From Selaginella moellendorffii (Eukaryota; Plantae; Lycopodiophyta): a DNA stretch of 64,000 nucleotides. The position numbers and the translations under genes are program-made. The notes under the pieces are model-generated. The model was not told the DNA's origin, did not search any database, and worked only from the letters and a program-made list of their open reading frames with translations. This document shows positions 35,063-48,377 of the stretch, one piece after another. The stretch lies in NCBI RefSeq assembly GCF_000143415.4, contig NW_003314325.1, positions 522,567 through 586,566 on the forward strand, given 5' to 3'. How positions within the stretch are numbered: the first letter of the stretch is position 1; each line of letters opens with the position of its first letter.

Positions 35063-38000
35063 TGGAGGGACCTTGCGCGAATAAGTTAGTGACCCCTCCA
35101 TCTTTCTTTCGGGAGTATCATCAAGGGGTTCACTCGGCACCGGTTCATCCAGTGTTTACTTTCCAAGCTCGTTTTTATAACAAGAGGTCTCCTATTCTTC
35201 TCTCCGTGTTGGTTGATACAGGTTCGAGTTTATCTTATATTGCTCGACCTGTTGCCACACGTTGTCGTCTACACTTGCGTCGTGCGGCGGATCCAGTTTT
35301 CATTCTTTATGGCAACGGCCGTACACATGCATGTGCACGAGATGAGGCGGACCTGGTTGTGCGTGTGGGCGATCTCGAGCTTGAGTTGCAGTCGTTGCGG
35401 GTGGTGCCGAGTCAAGCTTTTGACCTCATTCTTGGTATGGATTGGTTGCAGCACAATCATGCCAAGTGTGACTTTGAGGCTTTTCCCCCTTGTCTCATAC
35501 TTCCTTATGTTTCATCCATTCCTCTCACTTCTGTACCTCTTCGTCCCTCTACTTCTACCTTTGCTTCCATTACTTTTGTTCCCCCATTATTTCCTCTTGT
35601 GTTTCCATCTTGTTCTGCTCTTCCCTTTTCCGATCCCTCCGATGATCTTTGTGTTGCAGCTGTTGATCAGCTCATGAAGGAGTATTCTAATCTCTTTGAA
35701 TTTGACCTATCGTCTGGGGCCAAGATTTCCACACGTCATCCCATTCCAACCGGGGATGCTCGTCCAATCAAGGTTCCTGTTCGTCGTCGGTCACCCAAGG
35801 AGATCAAGATTTTACGTGCAAACGTCAAGGAGATGTTGGAGAAGGGTGTTATTCGGAAGTCGCGGAGTCCTTGGGCATGTGAACCTCATCTTGTGACGAA
35901 GCCTGATGGGAGTATTCGTTTCTGCATCGACTATCGTCCGTTAAATGAAGTGACGATCCCGGACGTGTACCCTCTTCCTCACACTGCTGATCTCTTGGAT
36001 CGTCTGGGGCGAAGTCGTTGGTTCACCAAGCTAGATCTTGCTTCTGGGTATTGGCAAGTACTGATGGCTGAAGACGATATTCCTAAGACTGCTTTTCGTA
36101 CACCATTTGGTTTGTACGAGTTTTTGGTGATGCCGTTTGGTTTGAACAATGCTCCAGCAACTTTTCAGCGAATGATGGACGAGGTTCTTTGCGATATGCC
36201 AGAGGTGACGGCTGACTTCATTGATGATGTCTTGATCCACTCGGAGGGGACGTGGGAGGAGCATGTTCGTGATGTTTGTAAAGTGTTGGATCGGCTACGC
36301 GACGTTGGTTTAAAGCTGAAGCGGTCGAAGTGCGTGTTTGGGTCCAAAGACACAACTTATCTTGGGTACCGTATTTCTCGTGAGGGTTTGCAAGTTGATC
36401 CTGACAAACTTGTGGCTGTTCTAAAGTTCCCTACTCCGAAGTGTGTGAATGATGTGCAGCGCTTTTTGGGTAAGGTGCAGTATCTCGGTCGTTTTGTGGA
36501 TCATCTTTCCGATCGCACTTTACCATTGCGAGCGTTGCTGAAGTCATCAACGTCATCTTTCATCTGGTCTCCCGATTGTGAGCGGGCGTTCGTGAATCTC
36601 AAAGAGCTATTGACGACTCCTCCGGTTTTGGCATATCCTGACTACACTCGACCTTTTATTTTGCGCGTGGATGCTTCTGACATTGGTCTTGGAGGTGTGT
36701 TGATGCAAGAGAGCTCGAGTGTGCCTGGTCAGCGCCATCCCATTGCATACATAAGCCGTACATTACAACCAGCGGAGATGAACTACTCCACGACGGAGAA
36801 AGAGTGTTTAGCAGCAGTCTGGGGTTTCGAGAAACTTCATGCCTATCTACATGGTTCTCGGACGTTACTTGAAGGTGACCATGCTGCTGTTACTTCATTA
36901 TTGAAGCGGAAGAACCTGGTTGGTCGTACGGCTCGATGGGCTTTGAAGCTTCAGATATATGATTTCGATGTTGTTCATCGCCCAGGGAGTTCTATGGCTG
37001 ATGCTGATGCCCTTTCTCGAGCTCCTCTTCCTTCTCCATTCTCTTCTCATGTTTCTAACGAGCCTGTTGTTCTAGCCTCTGTGGATTTTCTAGACAAGGA
37101 TTCTGTGCCGTCGGCGGTTGTTGTACTTGACGTTCAGTGTCCACAGGGCGTAGAGCAAGATCTACCTTCTCTGGATGAGGTTCGCGAGGCTCAAAAGATT
37201 GAGCCGTGGATTCGAAGGCTTCGAGATGGGTTTGAGAATCCTGCATCACTTGCTGATGACTTGCCTTTTCGGCATTTACATTCTCAATATCGCCTTGAAG
37301 ATGGCCTTCTTTATTTTGTGGGGACGGATCCTGATGCTCATTTACGGCTGGTGGTGCCTTCGGTGTTTATTCCGCGGTTTCTCCATGCCTACCATGATTC
37401 TCCTATTCTAGGTGGGCATATGGGACACCATCGTGTCACCGAGAAGTTGCGCAGATCTTTCTGTTGGCCAGAGATGCGACGTGATATTATCCGGTATGTG
37501 CGTAGCTGCGTTTGGTGCCAAGCTCGTAATACTCCCCCTTGTGCTGCGGAAGGACGGTTGGAGTCAATTGCAGTTTCTCGTCCGTTTGAGTTGGTGGCGT
37601 TTGATCTTATGGGACCTTTTCCGCGATCGACTGCTGGCAATGAGTATGTTATTATTGCTTCTGACTACTTGACTCGTTAGGTGGAAGTTGGTGCTCTTGC
37701 TAGTGCCTCTGCAACTGCTGTTGGATACTTCCTCCTCAATCGAGTGGTGTTCCAGCATTCTTGTCCAGAACGGATTCTTTCGGATAATGGTCCTGCATTT
37801 ATGGCTGAGGTATTTCATGTTTTGACATCTCGGTTGGGGATACGCCACACTTTTACGAGTGCTTATCATCCACAATCAGACGGTCTGGTGGAACGGCTCG
37901 TTCGGACATTCAAAGGGATGATTGCGAAGTATGTGAACTTTCAACATTCGGATTGGGATGGTTATTTGCCATCTCTTCGGTATGCTTATGTCACAGGGGT

Positions 38001-38526
38001 GCAGAGTTCTGTTGGTGCTTCACCATATAAACTTCTATATGGTCATGATCCAATATTACCAACAGAGCTAGGTTTACCTTCGCGATTGCCACGAGCTCCT
38101 GATGCTAGGTCATGGGATCAATATTTGACAAGCATTCTTCCACTTGTCCGAGCAGAGTCTGCTGAACACTTAGGCCGCGTACAAGTGGGACAACAACGGC
38201 GCTACAATTCCCATCATCGTCCACCAGCGGAGTACAAATTGGATGATTTGGTGTTAGTCCGTTTTCCCCATCTTACGGTGCGTGGTTTATCTAAGGGGCT
38301 CCTTGCGCAGTGGAAAGGACCGTATCGGGTGTTGCGGCAAGTTGGACCACAAGTTTATGAGGTTCGGCATGACGTTCAGCAGGCTGATCCTCCGGAGATT
38401 GTGCATGTGCAGCGGTTAAAACGCTTCATACAGAGGGATCAGGAGCAGTTAATACCGTCTACAGATCCACCGATGCCTCCTCCTGACGTTCCTCCAGATC
38501 CCGGCCCATCTACAAGAGAACCCTGA
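34966..38526 (+). CDS. pol: Pol of element B (PR-RT-RH-INT), with one in-frame TAG at 37678-37680
   Basis: LVDTGS, FIDD, DAS, HHCC, D-D-E, GPY; -1 frame relative to gag. Confidence 0.9.
35038..35100 (+). promoter_or_regulatory. -1 ribosomal frameshift signal: G GGA AAC plus H-type pseudoknot
   Basis: Heptamer in the gag frame; 6-nt spacer; S1 TCGCGCGAG/CTTGCGCGA; S2 TGGAGGG/CCCTCCA. Confidence 0.85.
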
Positions 38527-41500
38527 CGGCCTTCCATTATTCCGAGAGGAGGGGATGATGTGAGGGCCAAGTGTACGGCTACGATGCCGTATACTAATAT
38601 TAGCGTAGTGGATTTTGGTAGCCGTCGGATTGGTTTCAATCCGGACCACTCGCTCCTGTATATAAGCTAGGGTTTTTGGGTTAATTGATATGCACATTTC
38701 TGTATTCCCTTTCCATATTCCATGCACTCACAGCTATAAAATGCAGTTATCCTGTAAAGTATTTATGGTACATTCCTTTATTAGTTAAATAAAGACTGTG
38801 ATGGCTACAATGCCGTATACTAATATTAGCGTAGTGGGATTTTGGTAGCCATCGGATTGGTTTCAATCCGGACCACTCACTCTTGTATATAAACTAGGGT
38901 TTTTGGGCCAATTAATATACACATTTTCTATATTCTCTTTCCATATTCCAAGCACTCACATTGGTGGAGGTGAGGGGCACCTTTGATTGTCCCTGAGAAG
39001 TGCTTAGATTTGGGATTTTGGTTTAGATCTAGTTTTTGCATTGTCTAGATTTAGCTTTTTTTCATTTCCTTTCTTTTGTTTTTTCCTTTCAGGATTTTGG
39101 TTTAGATCTAGCTTTTTGCATTGTCTAGATCTACCATTTCCTTCTCGCTTTTTGTCATTTATTTATTTTTTGCTCTTTCTTTTTCATTCGTCTTCATGGC
39201 AGATCAGCAATCTCCTCCTTTGACTCTGGAGCAGCAGTTGGTACAATTGCTTGATGCTATGCGCTTGCAATTGAACAACAAAACTTAGTTGATAGTGGCG
39301 TTCACGGCAAATGGTACAACTCCTCCTACTCTTGGTGCCAATCCTCGCGTTCGGCTGGAGTTCTTTCGCGAATCCTAAGGATGATGTGTACCATTGGTTC
39401 GATCACTTCACGGTCATTGCCACATATCATTCTTGGGATGATGCCCGACGTTTGCGTGAGTTTCCCACGTGTCTCCAAGGGACGGTGTTGCAGTGGTACA
39501 ACGGTTTGGGCGCAGCCACTCGTGGGGATTGGAGTGTTCTTCCGGATGTCTTCAAGCGTGCCTTCGGACATGTCGATGACTGTGATGATGCTTTCCAACA
39601 ATTGCATCGTCTTCGCCAAGGGCCATCTGAGTCAGTGATGCAGTTTGGCGTTCGTTTCTGAAGTTTTTTGCTTCGTGCGGAGCCAAATATATAAGAGTGG
39701 ATCAAGCTAGGAATGTTGTGTCTAGCACTTCGTCAAGATCTTGTCGGACTTGTGCATGCACTTGCTCCTGCCACCCTTGACAATGCTCTTCGCTTGGCAT
39801 AACGTTATGAGACGTTGCCTCTTCCACTTCTCGTTGCACGTCCTTCAGCTCCTCTTCCTATAGGTGATAGTCTTGTTCCAATGGAGGTTGATGCTGTTGC
39901 TGCTCGAGTCAAGGACAAGGGCGAGGACGTGGTCGTAACCGTGATGTTCGTTGCTGGGCATGTGACGAAGTTGGTCATACTTATCGGCATTGTCAGCGTT
40001 TTCCGAATTGGCAACCTCCATTTCCTGGGTGGAGACCTTGGCGTCAGCAACGTCCCATTGGTGCTGCTGCAGTGGAAGGATTGGACACCGAGATGCATCC
40101 AGGAAACGAGGAGTCACGCGAGTAACGAAGGGACCTTGCGTGAATAAGTCAGTGACCCCTCCATCTTTCTTTCGAGAGTATCATCAAGGGGTTCACTCGG
40201 CACCAGTTCATCCAGTGTTTACTTTACAAGCTCGTTTTTATAACAAGAGGTCTCCTATTATTCTCTCCGTGTTGGTAGATACAGGTTCGAGTTTATCTTC
40301 TATTGCTCGACCTGTTGCCACACATTGCCGTCTACACTTGCGTCGTGCGGTAGAACCAGTTTTCATTCTTTATGGCAACGGCCGTACACATGCATGTGCA
40401 TGGGATGAGGCAGATCTGGTTGTGCGTATGGGCGATCTTGAGCTTGAGTTACAATCATTGCGGGTGGTGTTAAGTCAAGCTTTTGACCTCATTCTTGGTA
40501 TGGATTGGTTGTAGTGCAATCATGCCAAGTGTGATTTTGAGGCTTCTCCCCCTTATCACATACTTCCTTATGTTTCATCCATTCCTCTTACTTCTGTCCC
40601 TCTACTTTTACCTCTGCTTCCATTACTTTTGTTCCCCCACTATTTCCTCCTATGTTTCCATCTTGTTCTGCTCTTCCCTTTTCCAATCCCTCCGATGATC
40701 TTTGTGTTGTAGCGGTGGACCGGCTCATGAAGGAGTATTCTAATCTCTTTGAATTTGACCTATCGTCTGGGGCCAAGATTGCAACACGTCATCCAATTCC
40801 AACCGGGGATGCTCGTCTAATCAAGGTTCCCATTCGTTGTCGGTCACCCAAGGAGATCCGGATTTTACGTGTAAATGTCAAGGAGATGTTGGAGAAAGGT
40901 GTTATTTGGAAGTCGCGGATGTAAGCGACTAAATTTTCCATTCTACTTTAGTCACTTAACCACACCTCTGACCACTTGGAGGAGTCTCATTCACAACCTC
41001 CATAAATCCAATCCAGGACTTGGGACTTGCTAGCCCCGAGAATGGCATCCATGCCACTCAACATTTGCCCTTGGTCCAAGTGCTCCATGTGTCCGATCCC
41101 ATGACCGACACTCAAAGGTACCACCGACATAGCAGCCCATTACGCTAAGGCCATGCCCAATCACCTTTGCCACACTGGTAGTCCAATACCACTTGCATCA
41201 CAGTCTTGGCTCTCCAAGTCTGGGCCATCTGTCCATGAGTGGTCATCCTAGATCCACTCCTTAGCATCCTTAGGATGCCCATAGACCGGGGGAATCGCCT
41301 TCCCCAAAGTCCCTTTGTCAGTTCCTACCAAGTCCCTTTCTGCCCCTGGCCATGTTTGCCAACACTGCCACTGGATCGAGGCCCACAGGCCCGATCACTA
41401 AGTCCCACGGTCCTCTGGGACTTCCTCACCACACGACTGTGTCCTTGGTCACTACCCCAGAGGACTGCTCCTCTTCCTTTCCACAGTCTAGGCCTTTGGG

Positions 41501-41919
41501 ACAACATTTCGGAACACCGTGGCCTTACGCGAGCCACCTGGGTACTCTCCCCGCCTTTCGCCTTTAGGTGCTCTAGCCATGGGCTTAGAGCGAGGTTCCG
41601 TTGAGCCACGCCTGGTATCCAAGTAGGTAGTGCCACCCACACTTGGACTGGGAGCATCGGCCAGTCGATCTCCCGGGGGAACTAGAGCCGGCTCTTGAAC
41701 ACTTCACCAAGCTACCCTGCTTGTCGGTTCGTATTCACTCTAGTCTTGGACTTCCCAGTGGTCAGTTCCTCACCCAACATTGGGTCTAGCCTTCCTGGGC
41801 CAAACTGGCCTTTCCTGGCCAAACTGGCTCCACTGCAGTCCTCCCCCTTACTATACTTTTGGAGCTCACCAAACCCCCCAGGGTCTGGGAGACGAACGCT
41901 TTGGGCTTTCACCCTCTCA

Positions 41920-42023
41920 GGCTCCGGACTCGGACTCGGACTCGGACTCGGACTCGGATTCGGACTCGGACTCGGGCTCGGGCTCGGTCTCGGCCTCAGC
42001 CTCGGTCTCGGTCTCGGTCCTGA

Positions 42024-42055
<32 letters not shown>

Positions 42056-42485
42056 CCGGTCTCGGTCTCGACTTCGGACTCCATCTCGGACTCCATCTCG
42101 GACTCCATCTCGGACTCCATCTCGGGTCCATCTCGGGTCCATCTCGGACTCCATCTCGGACTCCATCTCGGGTCCATCTCGGACTCCATCTCGGACTCTC
42201 TCTCGGGTCCATCTCGGGTCCACCTCGGACTCCATCTCGGACTCCATCTCGGACTCCATCTCGGGTCCATCTCGGACTCCACCTCGGACTCCAACTCGGG
42301 TCCATCTCGGGTCCACCTCGGACTCCACTTCGGACTCCATCTCGGGTCCATCTCGGGTCCACCTCGGACTCCACTTCGGACTCCATCTCGGACTCCATCT
42401 CGGGTCCATCTCGGACTCCACTTCGGACTCCAACTCGGGTCCATCTCGGACTCCACTTCGGACTCCAACTCGAGTCCATCTCGGA
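41920..42485. repeat. Hexamer/12-mer array (GGACTC, GGACTCCATCTC) in the 3' LTR of C
   Basis: Seen directly; counterpart at 47770-48377. Confidence 0.95.
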
Positions 42486-43884
42486 CACTCCCACGTGTCA
42501 TGTGTTGGTCCTTTTGGGTCCCTTTTTGGAGCCTCGCTTTTTGCTCGCTTCGTGCTTGTTCCTCAAGCCCTTCTTTGGGAGTTCCACTCCTGCTCTTGAC
42601 TTTTCAAGTCGGAGCTTTTGGTCCAAATGTGTTACGCTCGTTTGGCTCTCGCTTCAGCCACTACCACGTGGCACCCTTTCCGGCTCCACTTTGGGGCCTA
42701 GGGATTTTGTGTCTCACAACTCCACCACCCATAGACGAAGTTCGATGTCCTCATCGAACGGTAAACCCTTTCATAAAGTAACACCCACACGTATTACCAT
42801 TTCCATCCTTGGCACCTAGCCAATCTTTGTCTATGGTTTGACACCAAAGGCTCACCATGCCTTGTCCATCCTTTAAGGAGCGTAGTCTCTCCAACTTAGA
42901 GACTGATTGGACCACATGTAATGGTTCTCTCCTTTTATTGGTTTAGTTCTCGCTAAACCTCTTAGAGACCCTTCTCTAAGTCAATCCCACTACTCCTTCT
43001 CGAGTAGTCTCAATTTCCATCGATATAACCTCTGCACTTTGGAACTTTGAATTTTGACTCCTTGGAGTCAATTTCCTAGGTGTCTCCGACACCTTGCCTT
43101 GCACCTTTTGTGCAACTCCACTTCCCATCCTAGGAAGTTCTCTACTCGAGGGCACCATCATCCTCTCTTCTATTTCGTGCCAAAGTTCCAGTTATCATAC
43201 TTTGTGCTAGGGCTGTTCATGGCCCTATCATTTGGCTACCTTACCGCTCCCTCCCTTGGAGCTTCCACTTTCGCCAAATCGGAGCAATTCGGAATCCATC
43301 CTTGGAAACACACTTCCTTTCCCGCAATTTGTTAGCGTCCAACACATTAGTGTTCCTCGCCTAACTTTGTCACTTGGATTCCTTCCCAGGGATTCCACGG
43401 CCCTATCTTGGCCACTCATCTTTTGCTCCTATCCGTTGATTGTTGCACCGAGCAACATCGAATCTCTACCTCCCTCCTTGAGGTATTCTTTTGATTCCAT
43501 AGCAAAGGCTCTGCTTTGCCAAGACTAGGGTGTTCACCCTTAGTAAGTCTCTTTTAGCATCTTCTGCTGTGGGCTCTATCCTCAGCCCAACTTTGTGACC
43601 CTCTCATGGGTCTCTTTAGAGACTACTTTCCTTGGACACACTATGCCATCGCGATGACATAGCTCATTTCCCTAAGGTGCTTTTCCCACTTGGTCACCTT
43701 GACCAAGCCACACCATCATCAATAGTTCAAATCAACACTTTGAACTAGGAACCTTATTCCTTAACCCAAACAAGGACCTTGTCCTTATTTAGCCACAAGA
43801 TCACCTAGTGATCTCACCTCGGCACCTTAACAAGTTTGCCAATAGGTACTAGGTCTTCCAGACCTTTAACTTGTTAACTACGAC

Positions 43885-44291
43885 CCCGAGGGCATCCCCC
43901 ACACTTGGCGGTGCGCCCAAGCCAGCCCTTCCGGCCAAGGGTCCATAGCAACTGAGATTAGGTGTCCCCATCTCACTCACCATGTCCTTGGTGCCACTTG
44001 CACCAAAGCGTTCAAGTTAGATATGCCGAGCTTTCACACTAAGCAATCTAACCGTGCATCACGACTCCGAGGCATCCCTCGCTTGGCGGTGTGCCCAAAC
44101 CAGTCTCCCCACTGAGAGTCCATGACCACCGAAATATGAGTGTCCTCATATTCCAAACCATCACCACGCCCTAGTGATTTGGGACTCGAACCCAAGCACT
44201 AGAGGGTCGGGACTCGAACCCAACCTCCGTATATGCATCTACGGACGGCATCACACAAGATGCCTGGCGTGACTCCCCACGCCGGTGCACC
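43885..44291 (-). ncRNA. Structured cis-RNA of C: T-loop module plus two GACA-loop modules
   Basis: Homology and covariation with 8372-8612. Confidence 0.65.
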
Positions 44292-47200
44292 AACTTATTT
44301 TTAAAGCGCGCTACAGATCACAGCTTAGGAACCTAGTTCCTCCACACTGCCAAGTCCTCTCACTTGACATGTCTGTGATCATGCATGGACTCCTCCATGC
44401 TCGGCCCCATGGCCCACCCTTTTTGAAGTTATCACCTTCAACTAGGGTATTTGTTCCCCCGATGTGCCAATTTCGCTTGGCAAGTCCTCCGACCACTGTA
44501 ACATGGTTCCTGCATAAGCGTGAAAGCCCTTGACTATCAACTTTCGTTCAAAGCCCTATCTTTGAACACTCGGGAACTACTTCCCTAACCTTGATAGCCT
44601 TGCCTCATGGCAAGCTTCAAGACCACGCTTCTGCTGCGCCACTCTGATTTCGCGCGTTCTATGAACCATTTACACTTGGCCTTTCTAGGTACTAAGCTAC
44701 CTAGAATCGTCTTTGGGAACCTTGAAGGAACTCTGTCCCTCAACTTGCCAAGGCCTCCCTTTTTGCAAGCCTTCAAAATGCCACATAGTCTAACATGGAC
44801 AATTCCATATTTTAGACTCTCCATGGCATTACGGTTGCTAGCGGCAACACCCTCGAGCCCCCACTTGATTCTCCACTCCCAGCTGGCATAACCAACCTTG
44901 GTTATGCCCTTTGATTCCTATGATTCGGTTCTATCCCCTTACTTTTTGCTTTTTGGCTTCACACCTTTCCTTTGGTCATTCTCCTCCAGACCAGGGGGAT
45001 AGCTTTGCACTTTCTATCACGCTTTAGCAAGTATTCTTAGGGATGAACCTACCCAATAGCCTATGGAGTGGTTCCTTAATCCGGGTATGCTCACCTTATA
45101 ATCCCACACACTGGGATTACATTGTTGCTTATGGGCCTTTACATGGCCATCACTAGCCTTGCCAAAATTCTATTTTTGGCTTTGTCCAACTCGGGTAGAC
45201 AGTCCTCTCCTGTCTCCGCAACCTTGGACACTTGGATAGCACCTTCTATCCATCATTCGCTAGGGACTTAGTCCCTTGGGCTTTATCCATTGCCCTCACG
45301 ACATCAAACACCACCTTCTGGTGTTCTAGAGTATCCGGGTGTCCCAATGATGGCTTTCTTGACAATGAATATTTCCTTTTATGACATTGACTTACTATAT
45401 CGCAACACAAGCAACTTATCCCTCGTAAGGGTATATCCAACTTCCTTATGCTATTAAGAAGTCTTGGGTAGCTACCTTCTACCCGTTTAACCAGTTATTT
45501 TGCACCTCTTGCTTAGTTGCCTCATAGTTGTCAAGTCTTACAACTCATTGCTTGGTGCTTTCACACCCTCATCATTATCTGGGTCACCACACTCCAACTG
45601 CATGCTCTGCAGCTTAGGCTATGCCATTCCCATTTCCATTGGGATTCCTTTGGCAAGGGGTTCTCATGAACCCACCAACATAGCCTCAAGGTATCACACC
45701 TTGGCACATATGGTGTCTCCACACCATCGGCTCCACGAGCCTACCTCTATGACATTTCCCCTTCGTGTCTAAGTCTTTGCCAAGACCAACACCGCTGTTT
45801 CTCATGCCAACCATCCGTTAGCACTGCCCTATAGAGGTCACACACAACTTTATGTCAAAGTTGTTTTCTTCTGGGAACACCTTTCCCATAACTTTAGCAT
45901 GGCATATTTTGCCATCGATGAGATACCCTCTGTTCTCATCCTTGGATCATATGATCCCCCCCCATCCTTTATGGGGTACAACACACCTCAGTCCAAATGC
46001 TTCCATCAGTCCTTTTAGGACCATCCGTTGACTCTACTTGAGTCATCCAGCAGTTTTGGACTTGGTTAATCCACAGACCCGTAAGGTCCTACTTGTGAGG
46101 CACTAGCTCACTGGAATACACTTCTTGCATTCCTGTCCTATTCAAAAGGACTATTTTCACAAGTGTTACTCCGACACTTGATTTTGTTCTCTGGGGCAAC
46201 CTTTGCCCCTTAGGACTACTTGTCCATATGATGAGAACACCAACTCATCCACTTAATACACCCCCAACTCCTGGGGTTGTTCCAGCATTTATTAGAGGTA
46301 GCCCCGGCTACCATTTCAAGGACTTAAGTCCTCTTCCGTATTTGACCTTCCACGGTCATTACCTTTGGTCTCACATTCATGAGCACTAACCTCAACTATA
46401 TGAGGATAATCTTGTGACTCCTTTATTGTTTTGGAGTCTCTATCTTTCCCGTGATCCCAACTTTAGTTGTTTACCACAACAACCTTAGCCAATTTGCTGA
46501 GACAAATGCTCATCCGGATCACATCCTCAACTCAATGAGGAAAACCTTGCACTGTTCCCAAGATCCCAAAGTCATTCCATTATTGGCCCTTTTCTATCCA
46601 CCACCTCGTCTACAAGTTCACACATGAACTGTAATGGAGAGCCATGTCTTCCCGACTTGCTACTCCTCAAGGATAGGCCCACTCCTCGGACCTTCCGATG
46701 CCAACACTAGTGGTGATATACTTGAGCACCAATAACAGTCGGACTAAGGAACAGCTCCGATACCAAATTGTAAGTGACTGAATTTTCCATTCTACTTTAG
46801 TCACTTAACCACACCTCTGACCACTTGGAGGAGTCTCATTCACAACCTCCATAAGTCCAATCCAGGACTTGGGACTTGCTAGCCCCAAGAATGGCATCCA
46901 TGCCACTCAACATTTGCCCTTGGTCCAAGTGCTCCACGTGTCCGATCCCATGACCGACACTCAAAGGTACCACCGACATAGCAGCCCATTACGCTAAGGC
47001 CATGCCCAATCACCTTTGCCACACTGGTAGTCCAATACCACTTGCATCATAGTCTTGGCTCTCCAAGTCTGGGCCATCTGTCCATGAGTGGTCATCCTAG
47101 ATCCACTCCTTAGCATCCTTAGGATGCCCATAGACCGGGGGAATCGCCTTCCCCAAAGTCCCTTTGTCAGTTCCTACCAAGTCCCTTTCTGCCCCTGGCC

Positions 47201-47769
47201 GTGTTTGCCAACACTGCCACTGGATCGAGGCCCACAGGCCTGACCACTAAGTCCCACGGTCCTCTGGGACTTCCTCACCACACAACTGTGTCCTTGGTCA
47301 CTACCCCAGAGGACTGCTCCTCTTCCCTTCCACAGTCTAGGCCTTTGGGACAACATTTCGGAACACCGTGGCCTTACGCGAGCCACCTGGGTACTCTCCC
47401 CGCCTTTCGCCTTTAGGTGCTCTAGCCATGGGCTTAGAGCGAGGTTCCGTTGAGCCACGCCTGGTATCCAAGTAGGTAGTGCCACCCACAATTGGACTGG
47501 GAGCATCGGCCAGTCGATCTCCCGGGGGAACTAGAGCCGGCTCTTGAACACTTCACCAAGCTACCCTGCTTGTCGGTTCGTATTCACTCTAGTCTTGGAC
47601 TTCCCAGTGGTCAGTTCCTCACCCAACACTGGGTCTAGCATTCCTGGGCCAAACTGGCCTTTCCTGGCCAAACTGGCTCCACTGCAGTCCTCCCCCTTAC
47701 TATACTTTTGGAGCTCACCAAACCCCCCAGGGTCTGGGAGACGAACGCTTTGGGCTTTCACCCTCTCAG

Positions 47770-48377
47770 GCTCCGGACTCGGACTCGGACTCGGACTCGG
47801 ACTCGGACTCGGACTCGGACTCGGATTCGGACTCGGACTCGGGCTCGGGCTCGGTCTCGGCCTCAGCCTCGGTCTCGGTCTCGGTCCCGATCTCGGTCTC
47901 GGTCTTGGTCTTGGTCTCGGTCCCGGTCTCGGTCTCGACTTCGGACTCCATCTCGGACTCCATCTCGGACTCCATCTCGGACTCCATCTCGGACTCCATC
48001 TCGGACTCCATCTCGGGTCCATCTCGGGTCCATCTCAGACTCCATCTCGGACTCCATCTCGGGTCCATCTCGGACTCCATCTCGGACTCCATTTCGGGTC
48101 CATCTCGGGTCCACCTCGGACTCCATCTCGGACTCCATCTCGGACTCCATCTCTGGTCCATCTCGGACTCCACCTCGGACTCCAACTCGGGTCCATCTCG
48201 GGTCCACCTCGGACTCCACTTCGAACTCCATCTCGGGTCCATCTCGGGTCCACCTCGGACTCCACTTCGGACTCCATCTCGGACTCCATCTCGGGTCCAT
48301 CTCGGACTCCACTTCGGACTCCAACTCGGGTCCATCTCGGACTCCACTTCGGACTCCAACTCGAGTCCATCTCGGAC
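47770..48377. repeat. Hexamer/12-mer array in the 5' LTR of C
   Basis: Three more hexamers and two more 12-mers than the other LTR. Confidence 0.95.

Larger units (their letters stand above)
33723..38732 (+). mobile_element. Element B: young non-chromovirus Ty3/gypsy element
   Basis: Identical 174-bp LTRs (33723-33896, 38559-38732); 4-bp TSD GCTA; PBS 33898-33913; PPT 38544-38558; gag plus pol; no chromodomain. Confidence 0.97.

Noticed and set aside
41695-42819. Long overlapping ORFs in LTR arrays (also 47544-48644, 7918-8244, 14584-14898)
   Set aside because: Stop-free hexamer repeats give low-complexity ORFs in several frames on both strands; no protein signal.
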